From Patescibacteria group bacterium (GTDB lineage: Bacteria; Patescibacteriota; Minisyncoccia; Phycocordibacterales; UBA9973): a stretch of DNA of 64,000 nt. Made by a program: the position numbers and the translations under genes. Below, one piece after another: positions 26,993-42,649 of this stretch. The DNA is taken from contig JBBTUV010000004.1 in assembly GCA_038063535.1 (NCBI GenBank), positions 20,530 through 84,529 of the forward strand. Reading direction: 5' to 3'. Each line of letters begins with the position of its first letter. Position 1 is the stretch's first letter. A model generated the notes under the pieces. That model was not told where the DNA came from, did no database searches, and saw only the letters and a program-made list of their open reading frames with translations.

Positions 26993-27430
26993 ATGGGTAA
27001 AACAAAGATCGTAGAAGAAAAAAAAGAAGCGGAAGGAAACGCGAAACCGGAAGCAAAAACTTCAGCAAAAAGCTCGAAGAAGAAAATAACCTCCGGGGTC
27101 GTTTACATTGATGCCACTTTTAATAACACGAAAGTTCTCTTCACGGATAAAATCGGTAACACGATTTTTTGGTCTACCGCCGGGGCACTTGGATTCCGTG
27201 GAGCAAAGAAAGGAACACCTTTTGCCGCCGGTAAAGTGGGTGATCTGGTCGGCGGAAAAATGGCCGCGGCCGGGGTGGCGAATGCGGATGTAGTTGTGCG
27301 CGGAGTCGGATCTGGCCGGGAACCGGCGATCCGCTCGGTATCGGCGCACGGGATCGAAATAACTTCGATCCGAGATGCAACCCCGATCCCGCATAACGGT
27401 CCGAAACCCAAAAAGCCAAGGAGAGTATAG
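26993..27430 (+). CDS. rpsK: 30S ribosomal protein S11
   Basis: 145 aa. GVVYIDATFNNTKVLFTD...GFRGAKKGTPFAA...DATPIPHNGPKPKKPRRV. Confidence 0.9.
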   Translation: MGKTKIVEEKKEAEGNAKPEAKTSAKSSKKKITSGVVYIDATFNNTKVLFTDKIGNTIFWSTAGALGFRGAKKGTPFAAGKVGDLVGGKMAAAGVANADVVVRGVGSGREPAIRSVSAHGIEITSIRDATPIPHNGPKPKKPRRV

Positions 27431-27432
27431 AT

Positions 27433-28035
27433 ATGATAAAGAAACCGAAATATAAAATCGCAAGAAGGTTGGGAGCAGGCGTTTTTGACAAGACACAGAC
27501 TCCGAAATTTTCCGCTGTTTCCGGGCAATTCACGCGCGGCGGCAAGCGTCCGAAAGCGCTTTCCGAATACGCCAGCCAGCTCCTGGAGAAACAGAAGATC
27601 CGATTTTCTTACGGTATCACCGAGCGGCAACTCTCAAACTATGTTAAAAAAGCCACCGAAAAAGCGGGCACTCAAGCGGCGGTCAAATTCTATGAAGAAC
27701 TCGAATCGCGCCTCGATAATGTCCTATATCGGATGGGGCTTGCGCCCTCCCGCCGAGCGGCAAGGCAGATGGTTTCCCACGGGCATTTTACAGTCGGCGG
27801 AAAGAGAGTGACCGTTCCTTCCTACCGAGTACGGCCGGGAGATGCCATCCGAGTCCGTGAAGGATCGAAAGGAAAGAAGATTTTCGAGGGTCTCGCGGAG
27901 AGACTCAAAGAATACAATTTTCCTACGTGGCTTTCGTTCGATCCGGGAAAGATGGAAGGGGAAGTAAAAGCTGCCCCGGAGAACACACAGACATTTATCG
28001 ATATCGAATCAGTGCTTGAATTTTATAGTCGTTAA
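27433..28035 (+). CDS. rpsD: 30S ribosomal protein S4
   Basis: 200 aa. YGITERQLSNY, the S4 RNA-binding domain RLDNVLYRMGLAPSRRAARQMVSHGHF, and GGAGAG upstream. Confidence 0.9.
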   Translation: MIKKPKYKIARRLGAGVFDKTQTPKFSAVSGQFTRGGKRPKALSEYASQLLEKQKIRFSYGITERQLSNYVKKATEKAGTQAAVKFYEELESRLDNVLYRMGLAPSRRAARQMVSHGHFTVGGKRVTVPSYRVRPGDAIRVREGSKGKKIFEGLAERLKEYNFPTWLSFDPGKMEGEVKAAPENTQTFIDIESVLEFYSR

Positions 28036-28075
28036 CTTTTAGCTTTATAAACTTTATAACTTTTAACTAACAATT

Positions 28076-29062
28076 ATGCCTGAATATAAAATCATTTTAC
28101 CATCGAAGCCGAGAATTGTGAGCGAAGAGGGGAATAAGGGAGTCTACGAAATAGACGGCCTTTACCCGGGCTACGGGCACACTCTCGGAAATTCGCTCCG
28201 CCGGATCGTCCTCTCATCTTTGCCGGGAGCTTCGATCACTTCGATCAAAATCGACGGCGTAAGCCACGAGTTCCAGGCGCTTGACGGCATCCGCGAAGAC
28301 GTAGTGGTGATGATACTCAATTTGAAAAAAGTCAGGTTTAAAATGCTCTCGGACGAGCCGCAAACGGTTACGCTTTCGGTCAAAGGTCCCCGAACGGTCA
28401 CCGGGGGCGATATAGAGATCGGCGGTCAGGTGGAAGTGCTCAATCCGGAGCAGTATATCGTTGAAGTTACCGGCAAGGTCAATTTGAACGTCGAAATGCG
28501 GGTGGAGAAAGGTTTGGGCTTCATCCCGAAAGAAGTTATGCAGAAAGAAAAAGTGGATATCGGTACGATCGCGGTTGACGCGATCTTCACCCCGATCCGC
28601 CGGGTTTCTTATGAAGTCGAGAACATGCGCGTCGGCGACAAGACTAACCACAACCGGCTTCGGATCGTGATCGAGACGGACGGCACGCTCTCACCGCGTG
28701 AAGCGCTTTCTGAATCTATTACGATAATGATCCGGCAGCTCTCCGCGGTCGTGGATTTCAAAGAGGCTGAGCCGGAAACCGAAGCGGCTCCGACGGCCCA
28801 GGAACTTGGACTCCCGAGCACTCCGATGGCACCTTCGGGGGAGGCAGGGAGAGATTTCACTGATGTACTGAAGACCCGTACCGACAGCTTGGAACTTTCC
28901 ACTCGAACGATGAACGCGCTCGTGGCTGCCGGAGTACGGACGCTTGGGGGCCTTGCCAGGAAGAAAAGGGAAGACCTACTTGAAATAGAAGGGATAGGGG
29001 AGAAGGGAATCACCGAGATAAAAAAGGTGCTCAATTCCTTCAGCCTTAATTTGAAAGAATAA
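28076..29062 (+). CDS. rpoA: DNA-directed RNA polymerase subunit alpha
   Basis: 328 aa. GYGHTLGNSLRRIVLSSLPGASITSIKIDGV in the N-terminal domain, and a C-terminal domain with LELSTRTMNAL...LEIEGIGEKG. Confidence 0.9.
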   Translation: MPEYKIILPSKPRIVSEEGNKGVYEIDGLYPGYGHTLGNSLRRIVLSSLPGASITSIKIDGVSHEFQALDGIREDVVVMILNLKKVRFKMLSDEPQTVTLSVKGPRTVTGGDIEIGGQVEVLNPEQYIVEVTGKVNLNVEMRVEKGLGFIPKEVMQKEKVDIGTIAVDAIFTPIRRVSYEVENMRVGDKTNHNRLRIVIETDGTLSPREALSESITIMIRQLSAVVDFKEAEPETEAAPTAQELGLPSTPMAPSGEAGRDFTDVLKTRTDSLELSTRTMNALVAAGVRTLGGLARKKREDLLEIEGIGEKGITEIKKVLNSFSLNLKE

Positions 29063-29063
29063 A

Positions 29064-29414
29064 ATGCGGCACCATAACGTCAATCGAAAATTCGGACGAG
29101 TACGCAAGCAAAGGAAAGCACTTCTTTCCTCGCTGGCTCTCAATCTCATGGTGCGCGGGAAAATAAGAACAACGGAAGCGAAAGCGAAAGAACTCCGGCC
29201 ATTCGTGGAGAAGCTAGTAACCCTCGCGAAAAGCGGCTCGCTCGCGTCGCGGCGGCTTATCATCTCACGGCTTTCGAACCGGAGCCGAGAGACAGGGAAG
29301 CTCTTTACTCTTGCGGAACAATACAAAGAAAGAAAAGGCGGCTATACACGAATATTGAAACTTGGAAGGCGGGTGTCCGACAGCGCGAAGATGGCGATAA
29401 TAGAATTTGTATGA
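29064..29414 (+). CDS. rplQ: 50S ribosomal protein L17
   Basis: 116 aa. MRHHNVNRKFGRVRKQRKALL...GGYTRILKLGRR. Confidence 0.9.
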   Translation: MRHHNVNRKFGRVRKQRKALLSSLALNLMVRGKIRTTEAKAKELRPFVEKLVTLAKSGSLASRRLIISRLSNRSRETGKLFTLAEQYKERKGGYTRILKLGRRVSDSAKMAIIEFV

Positions 29415-29752
29415 AAAAGATCGATGCAAAAGGAAGAACCCTTGGCAGAGTCGCCTCCGAAGCGGCGGTAATTCTTATGGGGAAGGACAAAGCGAAATTC
29501 GAACGCAATGTTTATTCCGGTGAAGCGGTAGAAATCATAAATTCTTCGAAAATAAGGATTACCGCAAAAAAACTTGACCAAATCATGCACTTGCGCTATT
29601 CCGGTTATCCAGGGGGATTACGAAGGATGAAGGGGACGGAAGTGCGGGAAAAGAAAGGCATGAAGGAGCTCCTCTCTCATGCAATATACCAGATGCTTCC
29701 TTCCAACAAACTGCGAAGAGAAATGATGAAAAATCTAAAGATAGAAGAATAA
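29411..29752 (+). CDS. rplM: 50S ribosomal protein L13 (short)
   Basis: 113 aa. GRTLGRVASEAAVILMGKDKAKF...YSGYPGGLR...MLPSNKL. There is a 4-nt overlap with rplQ. Confidence 0.85.
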   Translation: MKKIDAKGRTLGRVASEAAVILMGKDKAKFERNVYSGEAVEIINSSKIRITAKKLDQIMHLRYSGYPGGLRRMKGTEVREKKGMKELLSHAIYQMLPSNKLRREMMKNLKIEE

Positions 29753-29753
29753 T

Positions 29754-30152
29754 ATGGCCACAAATCAGACAAAATATTGGGAGGCGATCGGGCGAAGGAA
29801 AACTTCGACTGCTCGCGTGCGGATTTCTTCAAGCACGAAAAATTCACTTACGGTAAATGGGCGAGAAGTGAAAGATTATTTCAAGACAGATTCGGAGAAG
29901 AAAATAGTGAACGCGCCTCTTACTTCTCTCGAAACAAAATGGAATGTCTCTGTGAAAGTCTCCGGCGGAGGGACGCACTCGCAGGCGGAAGCTGTGCGGC
30001 ACGGCCTCGCCCGGGCGCTTTCTCTCTTCGACCAGGCGCTGCGCCCGCCGCTTAAATCTCTTGGATATCTCAAACGCGACCCGCGAGCCAAAGAGCGCAG
30101 AAAATTCGGACTGAAGAAAGCCAGGAAAGCGCCGAAGTGGAGCAAGAGATAA
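29754..30152 (+). CDS. rpsI: 30S ribosomal protein S9
   Basis: 132 aa. GRRKTSTARV...SGGGTHSQAEAVRHGLARAL...LKRDPRAKERRKFGLKKARKAPKWSKR. Confidence 0.9.
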   Translation: MATNQTKYWEAIGRRKTSTARVRISSSTKNSLTVNGREVKDYFKTDSEKKIVNAPLTSLETKWNVSVKVSGGGTHSQAEAVRHGLARALSLFDQALRPPLKSLGYLKRDPRAKERRKFGLKKARKAPKWSKR

Positions 30153-30172
30153 TTCTGTGTTAGTATAAAATT

Positions 30173-30751
30173 ATGGCTGACGAACCCAGACAAAACGACG
30201 AAACAGCGCCGGAGGAGGATGACGTTGTCGAATTTGAATTTAACGAGGATGGGGAAGAGGATCTGAAGAAAACCTTGAAGAAACTGCGGGCGGACCTCAA
30301 GCAGACGAAAAAAGAAAAAGAAGAATACTTGACCGGTTGGCAGAAGGAGCGGGCGGATTTTATCAATTACAAAAAGGAGGAGGATAATCGCAAGGCGCTT
30401 TTCTCGGAAGCGGTGCGCGAGCGCATACTTACTCGTTTTCTTTCTATCATAGACAACTTCAATATGGCTATGGGCGATCGGGCGGCCTGGGAGAAGGTGG
30501 ACAAGAATTGGCGCGTGGGGATTGAGCACATATATTCAGAGCTCGGTAAAATTTTCGAAGAATATGGAGTCAAAGCAATTGGCGAAGTCGGAGAAATTTT
30601 CGACCCGAGCATTCATCAGTCTATTGACGTTGTGCCGACTCCCGATAAAGAAAATGATCACAAAGTCGCCGATGTCATCCAGAGGGGCTACCGCCTCGGC
30701 GAGCGCATCCTCCGCCCCGCGCGAGTGAACGTATATGAGCACAAAGGGTAA
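30173..30751 (+). CDS. grpE: Nucleotide exchange factor GrpE
   Basis: 192 aa. An acidic N-terminus, a coiled region with RADFINYKKE, and a C-terminal beta domain with FDPSIHQSI...VIQRGYRLGERILRPARV. Confidence 0.85.
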   Translation: MADEPRQNDETAPEEDDVVEFEFNEDGEEDLKKTLKKLRADLKQTKKEKEEYLTGWQKERADFINYKKEEDNRKALFSEAVRERILTRFLSIIDNFNMAMGDRAAWEKVDKNWRVGIEHIYSELGKIFEEYGVKAIGEVGEIFDPSIHQSIDVVPTPDKENDHKVADVIQRGYRLGERILRPARVNVYEHKG

Positions 30752-31511
30752 ATCCAAGAGACCCAAAGCGATCGTGATGTCCGGGTACGGGCTTAATTGC
30801 GAGGAGGAGACGGCGTTCGCATTTGGGCGTGCCGGTGGAGGAGTGGATATTGTGCATATCAATGACTTAATAAAGAAGCCTAAAATGCTCGCAGGTTACG
30901 ATATTCTCGCTTTCCCGGGCGGCTTTGCCTACGGCGACGATACGGGGAGTGGCAAGGCCTATGCGCTCAAATTCAGGAACCATTTGGCGAAGGAGCTAAA
31001 GGCGTTCCTCGCGCGCGACACTCTTATCATCGGCATTTGCAACGGCTTTCAGATAGTCACGAATCTCGGCATTCTCCCCGGCGCGCTTACTTACAATAAA
31101 AATCCTATCTACATGGACAGATGGGTGGATCTCAAGGTTGTCGGAAAGTCCCCGTGGCTTACCGGCATAAAAAATATTTCATTACCGATTGCTCACGGGG
31201 AGGGCAGGTATGTGGTAGGTAGAGGCAAGAAACCATCTGTCGCTTTAAAATATGTTAAAGGAGAGATTTGTAAATTCCAGAGTCTCGAACCGAACCCGAA
31301 CGGCTCGGAGAGTGCGATTGCAGGGGTTCTCGGTTATAATGGAAGAGTGCTCGGCCTTATGCCGCATCCCGAGCGGGCGATGTTTTTCCACCACTCGCCG
31401 CTCTGGCAATTGAAGAAGGAAAAATTAAAAAGGGGAGCCGCGAAAATTCCGGAGGATGGCGACGGAATTCTTTTATTTAAAAACGCAGTAAACTATTTTG
31501 TCGGAGCTTAA
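30735..31511 (+). CDS. purQ: FGAM synthase glutamine amidotransferase subunit (PurQ-type)
   Basis: 258 aa. FPGGFAYGDD, the nucleophile elbow GICNGFQI and the catalytic-dyad region LMPHPER. Confidence 0.75.
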   Translation: MSTKGKSKRPKAIVMSGYGLNCEEETAFAFGRAGGGVDIVHINDLIKKPKMLAGYDILAFPGGFAYGDDTGSGKAYALKFRNHLAKELKAFLARDTLIIGICNGFQIVTNLGILPGALTYNKNPIYMDRWVDLKVVGKSPWLTGIKNISLPIAHGEGRYVVGRGKKPSVALKYVKGEICKFQSLEPNPNGSESAIAGVLGYNGRVLGLMPHPERAMFFHHSPLWQLKKEKLKRGAAKIPEDGDGILLFKNAVNYFVGA

Positions 31512-32922
31512 AGAAAAATGCGGAATAGTTGGAATTTACGCTCCGGGTCGGCCGGTTTCCCGCCTATGCTTTTTCGGTCTCTTCGCGCTCCAGCACCGTG
31601 GGCAAGAAGCTTCGGGGATTACTACGAATGCGGATGACAAACTGAAAACCCACATCGGGGCGGGTCTCGTAGGGCAAGTTTATAAAGAAGAAGATATTGA
31701 TAATCTCTCTGGCTACATCGGCATCGGGCATAATCGATATTCAACTTCGGGCGGGAGCGTCTTCAAGCACGCCCAGCCAGTTTTAAATGATGACGAAACG
31801 TTCGCTCTGGCTCACAACGGAAATCTCCCGAGCGTTACAGCCCTCAAAGATTTTTTGAAATCCGAGCGAGCGCTCAAGGAGGACAGGAACGACTCGGAAC
31901 TTATCTCGGACGCCGTAGATGTTTATCTCAAGAAGGGAATGCGGCTCGAGGGTGCGGTGGAGAAAGTTTTCCCCCTTCTTACCGGCGCATATGCGCTGGT
32001 GATGATGACGCGTGACACGCTTGTGGCCCTACGCGACCCGTTTGGCATGCGGCCGCTTTGTATGGGAAGTCTAGGTTCTTCAGGGGAAGGTTTTGTGGTC
32101 GCATCGGAGACCTGCGCTCTGAAGACGATCGAGGCCGGCTTTATTCAGGAGATTCTACCCGGTGAGATGGTGGTGATAAACCAGGAAGGACTTAAGTGCC
32201 ACACCCTCGCCCCCGCGACGCCTAAGCATGATATTTTCGAATACGTTTACTTCGCCCGGCCGGATTCCGTGATGAACGGAAAGCTTATATACAGTGTCCG
32301 CAAGGACTTCGGCAAAGCCCTGGCCCGGGAATTTATAAAGAAGCACGGTAAAAAGTTCGAGATAGACGCTGTCGTGCCCGTGCCCGACACTTCCATGCCT
32401 GTGGCGATCGGCTTTTCCGAAGCGAGCGGGATACCGCTCGAGCTTGCGCTCGTCAAGAACCGCTACGTACACCGGACATTTCTCGAGCCGGACCAGGAGT
32501 CGCGCCGTGCGAGCGTTGCCCTCAAGCTCATACCTCAGCCTGAAGTACTCGCAGGCAAACGCATCGCTGTGATAGACGACTCCATCGTGCGCGGCCATAC
32601 TTCAAGGAAATTGGTGCAGAGGCTCTATGAGAACGGCGCCAAAGAAGTGCACCTGGTCATCTCTTCGCCACCGATAAGATATCCGGATTTTTACGGCATC
32701 GACACGCCGAAGCAGACGGAACTGATAGCGGCCGGTAAGACTGTGGAAGAAATGCGGGAATGGCTTGGCGTGACCTCGCTTATGTTTCTCTCGCTCGAAG
32801 GCTTAGTGGAGGGGGTAGGCATACCGAAAGAAAATCTCTGCACCTCGTTTTTCACCGGCGAGTACCCTATAGACTTGAAAGAGCGCAAAAGTGAGGTCAG
32901 CTACGATGTCCCAAAAGATTAA
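31498..32922 (+). CDS. purF: Amidophosphoribosyltransferase
   Basis: 474 aa. The Ntn Cys in KCGIVGIYA, RGQEASGI and the PRPP loop VIDDSIVRGHTS. The start is a non-ATG codon at 31498. Confidence 0.9.
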   Translation: MSELKEKCGIVGIYAPGRPVSRLCFFGLFALQHRGQEASGITTNADDKLKTHIGAGLVGQVYKEEDIDNLSGYIGIGHNRYSTSGGSVFKHAQPVLNDDETFALAHNGNLPSVTALKDFLKSERALKEDRNDSELISDAVDVYLKKGMRLEGAVEKVFPLLTGAYALVMMTRDTLVALRDPFGMRPLCMGSLGSSGEGFVVASETCALKTIEAGFIQEILPGEMVVINQEGLKCHTLAPATPKHDIFEYVYFARPDSVMNGKLIYSVRKDFGKALAREFIKKHGKKFEIDAVVPVPDTSMPVAIGFSEASGIPLELALVKNRYVHRTFLEPDQESRRASVALKLIPQPEVLAGKRIAVIDDSIVRGHTSRKLVQRLYENGAKEVHLVISSPPIRYPDFYGIDTPKQTELIAAGKTVEEMREWLGVTSLMFLSLEGLVEGVGIPKENLCTSFFTGEYPIDLKERKSEVSYDVPKD

Positions 32923-33438
32923 ATTGGCATTGCTGGTTCACGCAGGAGGAACCCAAACAAACTTGAAAGCGATACAAGAAGCCGTCCAGAAAGAGCGGGT
33001 CAATGCCGAAATTGCCGCCGTAGTTTCGGACGCGGAAGCTGTCTTGCCTGCGCTCACAGAAGCATCGCCCGACTATATCTGCCTGGCGGGGTGGAAAAAA
33101 ATTATTCCCGATGAATTAGTCCAAAAATATCAGAATCGAATTTTGAATATTCATCCGGGTTTAATTCCGGATAAAATGGACGGGCAAGTCTTGAATCCCG
33201 ACGGGACGTATGCTCTCTGGAACAAAGGCATGTATGGCGAGAGAGCGATCCAGAATTTTCTCGACAAGAAAGCAACCTATGCTGGCTCCTCAATCCATTT
33301 TTTGACTACAGAATTTGATTTCGGGCCAGTCCTAGGCAGAACATTTGAGAAAATTGAAGAGGGAGACACGGTAGAAACTTTGTATACTCGTCTGAAGAAA
33401 AAAGAAAATGAATTGTATGTAGAGGTGCTGGAAAAATT

Positions 33439-33451
<13 letters not shown>
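32906..33451 (+). CDS. purN: Phosphoribosylglycinamide formyltransferase
   Basis: YICLAGWKKIIP and ILNIHPGLIPD motifs. The start is placed at ATG 32906 (MSQKIKL), and GTG 32891 is also possible. Confidence 0.75.
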
Positions 33452-38688
<5,237 letters not shown>

Positions 38689-38689
38689 T

Positions 38690-40138
38690 ATGGAGAAGAA
38701 AAAAATCAAAACGGCGCTGATTTCGGTTTTTAATAAAGAGGGTCTTACGCCCGTTACCGAGCTCCTCAAAAAAAACGGCGTAAAAATTATTTCTACCGGC
38801 GGCACGGCGGAATTTATACGGAAGCTCGGTGCAGATGTCACAGAAGTGGAAAGCCTAACAAATTTTCCTTCAGTTTTCGGCGGGCGAGTGAAGACATTGC
38901 ACCCAGCGATCTTCGGGGGGATCTTGAATCGCCGAGATAATCCTGAAGACCAAAAATCCAAATATGCCCATAAAATAGAGGATATTGACTTGGTTATTGT
39001 GGATTTGTATCCATTCGAAGAGAAACCAGAGATCGAGACTATAGACATCGGCGGGGTGTCGCTTATCCGCGCGGCGGCAAAGAATTATGAGGATGTGGTG
39101 GTAATCTCTTCTCGCGAGCAATACAAAGACCTAAAAATCGAAACGACGCTCGAAGAAAGGAAAAAACTGGCAGGGGAGGCGTTTGCGCGGACTTCAAGTT
39201 ATGATTTTGCTATCCGAGAATATTTCCAGAGTATACCGCTTCGTTACGGCGAGAACCCGCACCAGAACGCGAGCTTTGTCGGCGACTTAACCGAAAGTTT
39301 TTCGCAACTTCATGGCAAAGAACTCTCTTACAACAACCTCCTCGACACCGAAGCGGTGATTGCCGTAATAAATGATTTCAAAGAGCCAGCTTTTGCGATC
39401 GTAAAGCACATGAATACTTGCGGGCTTGCGGTACGGCCGGAAGGGAAACTTTTGGAAGCATATCAGGCCGCGTATGCAGCTGATCCGGTTTCGGCATTTG
39501 GCGGGATTCTTGCGGCGAATCGTGAGATAGGGGAGGATGTTGCCAAACTCATCCGCGAGCAGAAACTTTTTGTAGAAGTCGTAATCGCGCCCGGTTTTTC
39601 CGAGGAGGCGCTTAAAATTTTAGAACAGAAGAAAGATTGCCGTATTTTACTTTGGCACGAGCCCCAACTACCCAAGAAACAAATTCGCAGTTCTTTTACT
39701 GGAATGCTCGTGCAAGATCGGGATATGCATGTTGAAACTGAAAAAGATTTGAAAGTTGTAACAACGAGAGCGCCGACAGAAAGAGAAAAAGAAGACTTGC
39801 TTGTGGCAGCTGTCGCCGTGAAGCATTTGAAATCAAACGCTATCGCGCTTGTCAAAGACAAAACACTTATCTCGATGGGCTGCGGACAGACTGCGCGCGT
39901 GGACGCGCTCAAACAGGCGATAGAGAAAGCTAAGAATTTCGGCTTACTACTCGAGGGCGCGGTAATGGCATCGGAGGCGTTTTTTCCTTTCCCGGATTGC
40001 GTGGAAATTGCCGGCGGGGCTGGTATCAGTGCCGTCATCCAGCCAGGTGGCTCCAAGAATGATCAAGCCTCAATTGACATGGCAAACAAGCTCGGTATGG
40101 CTATGGCCACCACAGGATATAGGCATTTTAAGCATTAA
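38690..40138 (+). CDS. purH: Bifunctional AICAR transformylase / IMP cyclohydrolase
   Basis: 482 aa. ALISVFNKEGL, GGRVKTLHP, YPFEE, and the C-terminus ends in TGYRHFKH. Confidence 0.9.
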   Translation: MEKKKIKTALISVFNKEGLTPVTELLKKNGVKIISTGGTAEFIRKLGADVTEVESLTNFPSVFGGRVKTLHPAIFGGILNRRDNPEDQKSKYAHKIEDIDLVIVDLYPFEEKPEIETIDIGGVSLIRAAAKNYEDVVVISSREQYKDLKIETTLEERKKLAGEAFARTSSYDFAIREYFQSIPLRYGENPHQNASFVGDLTESFSQLHGKELSYNNLLDTEAVIAVINDFKEPAFAIVKHMNTCGLAVRPEGKLLEAYQAAYAADPVSAFGGILAANREIGEDVAKLIREQKLFVEVVIAPGFSEEALKILEQKKDCRILLWHEPQLPKKQIRSSFTGMLVQDRDMHVETEKDLKVVTTRAPTEREKEDLLVAAVAVKHLKSNAIALVKDKTLISMGCGQTARVDALKQAIEKAKNFGLLLEGAVMASEAFFPFPDCVEIAGGAGISAVIQPGGSKNDQASIDMANKLGMAMATTGYRHFKH

Positions 40139-40155
40139 TATGGTAGGATATTTTC

Positions 40156-40680
40156 ATGATATCCAAAAATCCGCTGGTGGGCATAATCATGGGCTCGGAT
40201 TCGGATTTGGAGGTGTTCGCCGAGGCGGCTAAGGTTCTCGAAGAATTCGGCATCTCTTATGACATGACGGTGGGCTCCGCGCACCGCTCGCCGGAGCGAG
40301 TGCAAAAATATGCTGGAGGAGCAGCGGGGCGCGGTATCAAAGTTCTCATTGCCGGCGCCGGAGGCGCCGCGCACCTAGCAGGGGTCATCGCTGCGCACAC
40401 GACCCTCCCCGTCGTGGGCCTCCCGGTCAAAGCAAAGTCGCTCGACGGACTTGATTCGCTCCTCTCAACCGTTAACATGCCGCCGGGTGTGCCGGTCGCG
40501 ACTGTGGGTATCAATGCCGGCAGAAACGCCGGATTACTTGCAGTACAGATTCTCGCCCTCTCTGACGCGATCCTTGTAGACAAACTTTCCTCATACAAGG
40601 AAAAAATGGCGCGCGAAAATGAAGAAAAAGGCAAAAAAATGAGCGAACTCGGCTATAAAAAATACCTCGATAATAAATAA
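40156..40680 (+). CDS. purE: AIR carboxylase / N5-CAIR mutase catalytic subunit
   Basis: 174 aa. VGIIMGSDSD, SAHRSP, AGGAAHLAGV and VGLPV. Class I versus class II cannot be decided by eye. Confidence 0.9.
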   Translation: MISKNPLVGIIMGSDSDLEVFAEAAKVLEEFGISYDMTVGSAHRSPERVQKYAGGAAGRGIKVLIAGAGGAAHLAGVIAAHTTLPVVGLPVKAKSLDGLDSLLSTVNMPPGVPVATVGINAGRNAGLLAVQILALSDAILVDKLSSYKEKMARENEEKGKKMSELGYKKYLDNK

Positions 40681-41684
40681 TGAAGAGCGATTATGCACAA
40701 GCTGGAGTGGACATAGATAAAGGGGAAGAAGTAGTGCGAAGAATAAAGAAATACCTGCCCGATATAGGAAGCTTCGGCGGGCTTTTTGATTTAAGTGGAA
40801 TTTTGAAATCCTACAAACGTCCCTTCTTGGTGCAGAGTATCGACGGCGTCGGTACCAAGCTCACCGTGGCCAAGATGATGAATAAATACGATACGGTCGG
40901 CGAGGATATCGTAAACCACAGCGCCAATGACATTGTGGCTATGGGCGCGCGGTCCCTCACGTTCCTCGATTATGTCGCCAATGAAAAACTGGAGCCCGAT
41001 GTGATGGAGCAAATTGTCGCGGGTATGGTCCGGGCTTGCAAAGAGGCGGGCATAGCTCTCGTCGGCGGAGAAACCGCGGAGATGCCGGGGACTTATGCGC
41101 CGGGCGAGCACGACATCGCCGGCTGCATCACCGGCATCGTTGAGAAAGATAAAATTATTACCGGGGAAAAAATTAAAGAAGGTGACGTAATTTTTGGATT
41201 TCCTTCTTCGGGTCTGCATACCAACGGCTATTCTCTTGCCCGCAAATTACTTTTCGATGTTGCTGGGCATGATGTAAGCACGCAAGTTCCCGAACTCGGC
41301 GAATCGGTGGGCGAGGCTCTGCTTCACGTCCACACAAATTACAGCGGGCCTGTCCTCTCGCTCCTTGGTGCTGGCGTGGACGTAAGAGGTATTGCGCATA
41401 TTACCGGTGGGGGATTTATCGAGAATATTCCTAGGGTTCTGCCAAAAAATTTGGACGCGGAAATCAGAAAGGGAACCTGGCCGATACTTCCGATATTTTC
41501 ACTTCTGCAAGAAATTGGCAAAGTTCCCGATTCGGAGATGTATAGAACATTTAATATGGGGATTGGGCTTGTTTTTGTAGTTGCTCCGGCGGATAAGGAA
41601 AGGGTTGAAAAAATGCTTAAAGGTTATAAAATTTACGGGATTGGTAAAATTATCAGGGGGGAGAAGAGAGTTAAATTTATATGA
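40680..41684 (+). CDS. purM: Phosphoribosylformylglycinamidine cyclo-ligase (AIR synthase)
   Basis: 334 aa. YAQAGVDID, DGVGTK, GGETAEMPG and GLHTNGYSL. The ATG overlaps the purE stop by 1 nt. Confidence 0.9.
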   Translation: MKSDYAQAGVDIDKGEEVVRRIKKYLPDIGSFGGLFDLSGILKSYKRPFLVQSIDGVGTKLTVAKMMNKYDTVGEDIVNHSANDIVAMGARSLTFLDYVANEKLEPDVMEQIVAGMVRACKEAGIALVGGETAEMPGTYAPGEHDIAGCITGIVEKDKIITGEKIKEGDVIFGFPSSGLHTNGYSLARKLLFDVAGHDVSTQVPELGESVGEALLHVHTNYSGPVLSLLGAGVDVRGIAHITGGGFIENIPRVLPKNLDAEIRKGTWPILPIFSLLQEIGKVPDSEMYRTFNMGIGLVFVVAPADKERVEKMLKGYKIYGIGKIIRGEKRVKFI

Positions 41685-42649
41685 TCGACATCGAAACAAT
41701 AAAAAAACACATCGGGGACGTGGTAAGGGAAACGGATTTTCCGTTTCTCGGCGAGAAAAAGGTCGGCAAGGTGCGGGACGCTTATGCCAAGCCCGATCGC
41801 ATCACTCTTGTCTCTACTGACCGGCATTCTTCCTTCGACCGCATTATCGCGCATATTCCCTTCAAGGGAGAAGTTCTCAACCGAACGAGTCTTTTTTGGT
41901 TTGATAAAACCAAAGATATTATTCAGAACCACGTTATTTCCTCACCCGACCCGAATGTAGTGATGGTGAAAAAGTGTAAAGTGATCCCTGTCGAGATGGT
42001 AGTGCGTGGATATATTACTGGCGTAACTTCCACAAGTCTTTGGACGCACTACGCGGCGGGCGAGCGCGATTTCGGGGATTTTGTGCTTCCGGATGGAATG
42101 AAAAAGAACGAGAAATTAATTGAGCCGGTGTTAACGCCCACCACCAAGAGCGAGGACCATGACCGGCCGCTCACCTCGAAAAAAATCTTGGAAGAGGGAA
42201 TAGTTGAGAAAGATTTATGGGAGAAGATGGCAGATACCGCACTCAAACTTTTTAGGCGCGGACAGGAGATAGCGTTTCGGCAAGGACTCATCTTGGTGGA
42301 CACCAAGTATGAATTCGGCTTGGATGAGAAGGGGGAGCTGACATTAATCGACGAAATTCACACCCCGGATTCTTCGCGCTGGTGGAAGGCAGTTTCCTAC
42401 GAAGGGCGCTTCAACGCCGGCGAAGAACCGGAATATTTTGATAAAGAATTTTTGCGACTCTGGTTCAAGGACCACTCCGATCCCTACAAGGACAAAGTTC
42501 TGCCGCCCGCGCCGCCGGAGCTAGTAGCGGAACTCTCCCGGCGATATATCGAAATATATGAGATGCTCACCGGCAAGAATTTCGACCACGATCTCTCGCA
42601 GACGACTCTTGAGCGCATTGCCAAGAATTTAAAAAACTATGTCGCTTAA
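41681..42649 (+). CDS. purC: SAICAR synthase (long form)
   Basis: 322 aa. GKVRDAY, STDRHSSFD, VVRGYITG, LILVDTKYEFG and HTPDSSRWW. Confidence 0.85.
   Translation: MIDIETIKKHIGDVVRETDFPFLGEKKVGKVRDAYAKPDRITLVSTDRHSSFDRIIAHIPFKGEVLNRTSLFWFDKTKDIIQNHVISSPDPNVVMVKKCKVIPVEMVVRGYITGVTSTSLWTHYAAGERDFGDFVLPDGMKKNEKLIEPVLTPTTKSEDHDRPLTSKKILEEGIVEKDLWEKMADTALKLFRRGQEIAFRQGLILVDTKYEFGLDEKGELTLIDEIHTPDSSRWWKAVSYEGRFNAGEEPEYFDKEFLRLWFKDHSDPYKDKVLPPAPPELVAELSRRYIEIYEMLTGKNFDHDLSQTTLERIAKNLKNYVA

Noticed and set aside
28039-28075. Tandem CTTTATAA repeats (AGCTTTATAAACTTTATAAC) upstream of rpoA.
   Set aside because: There are only two short AT-rich copies inside an operon-internal spacer. This cannot be distinguished from chance or a weak internal promoter.
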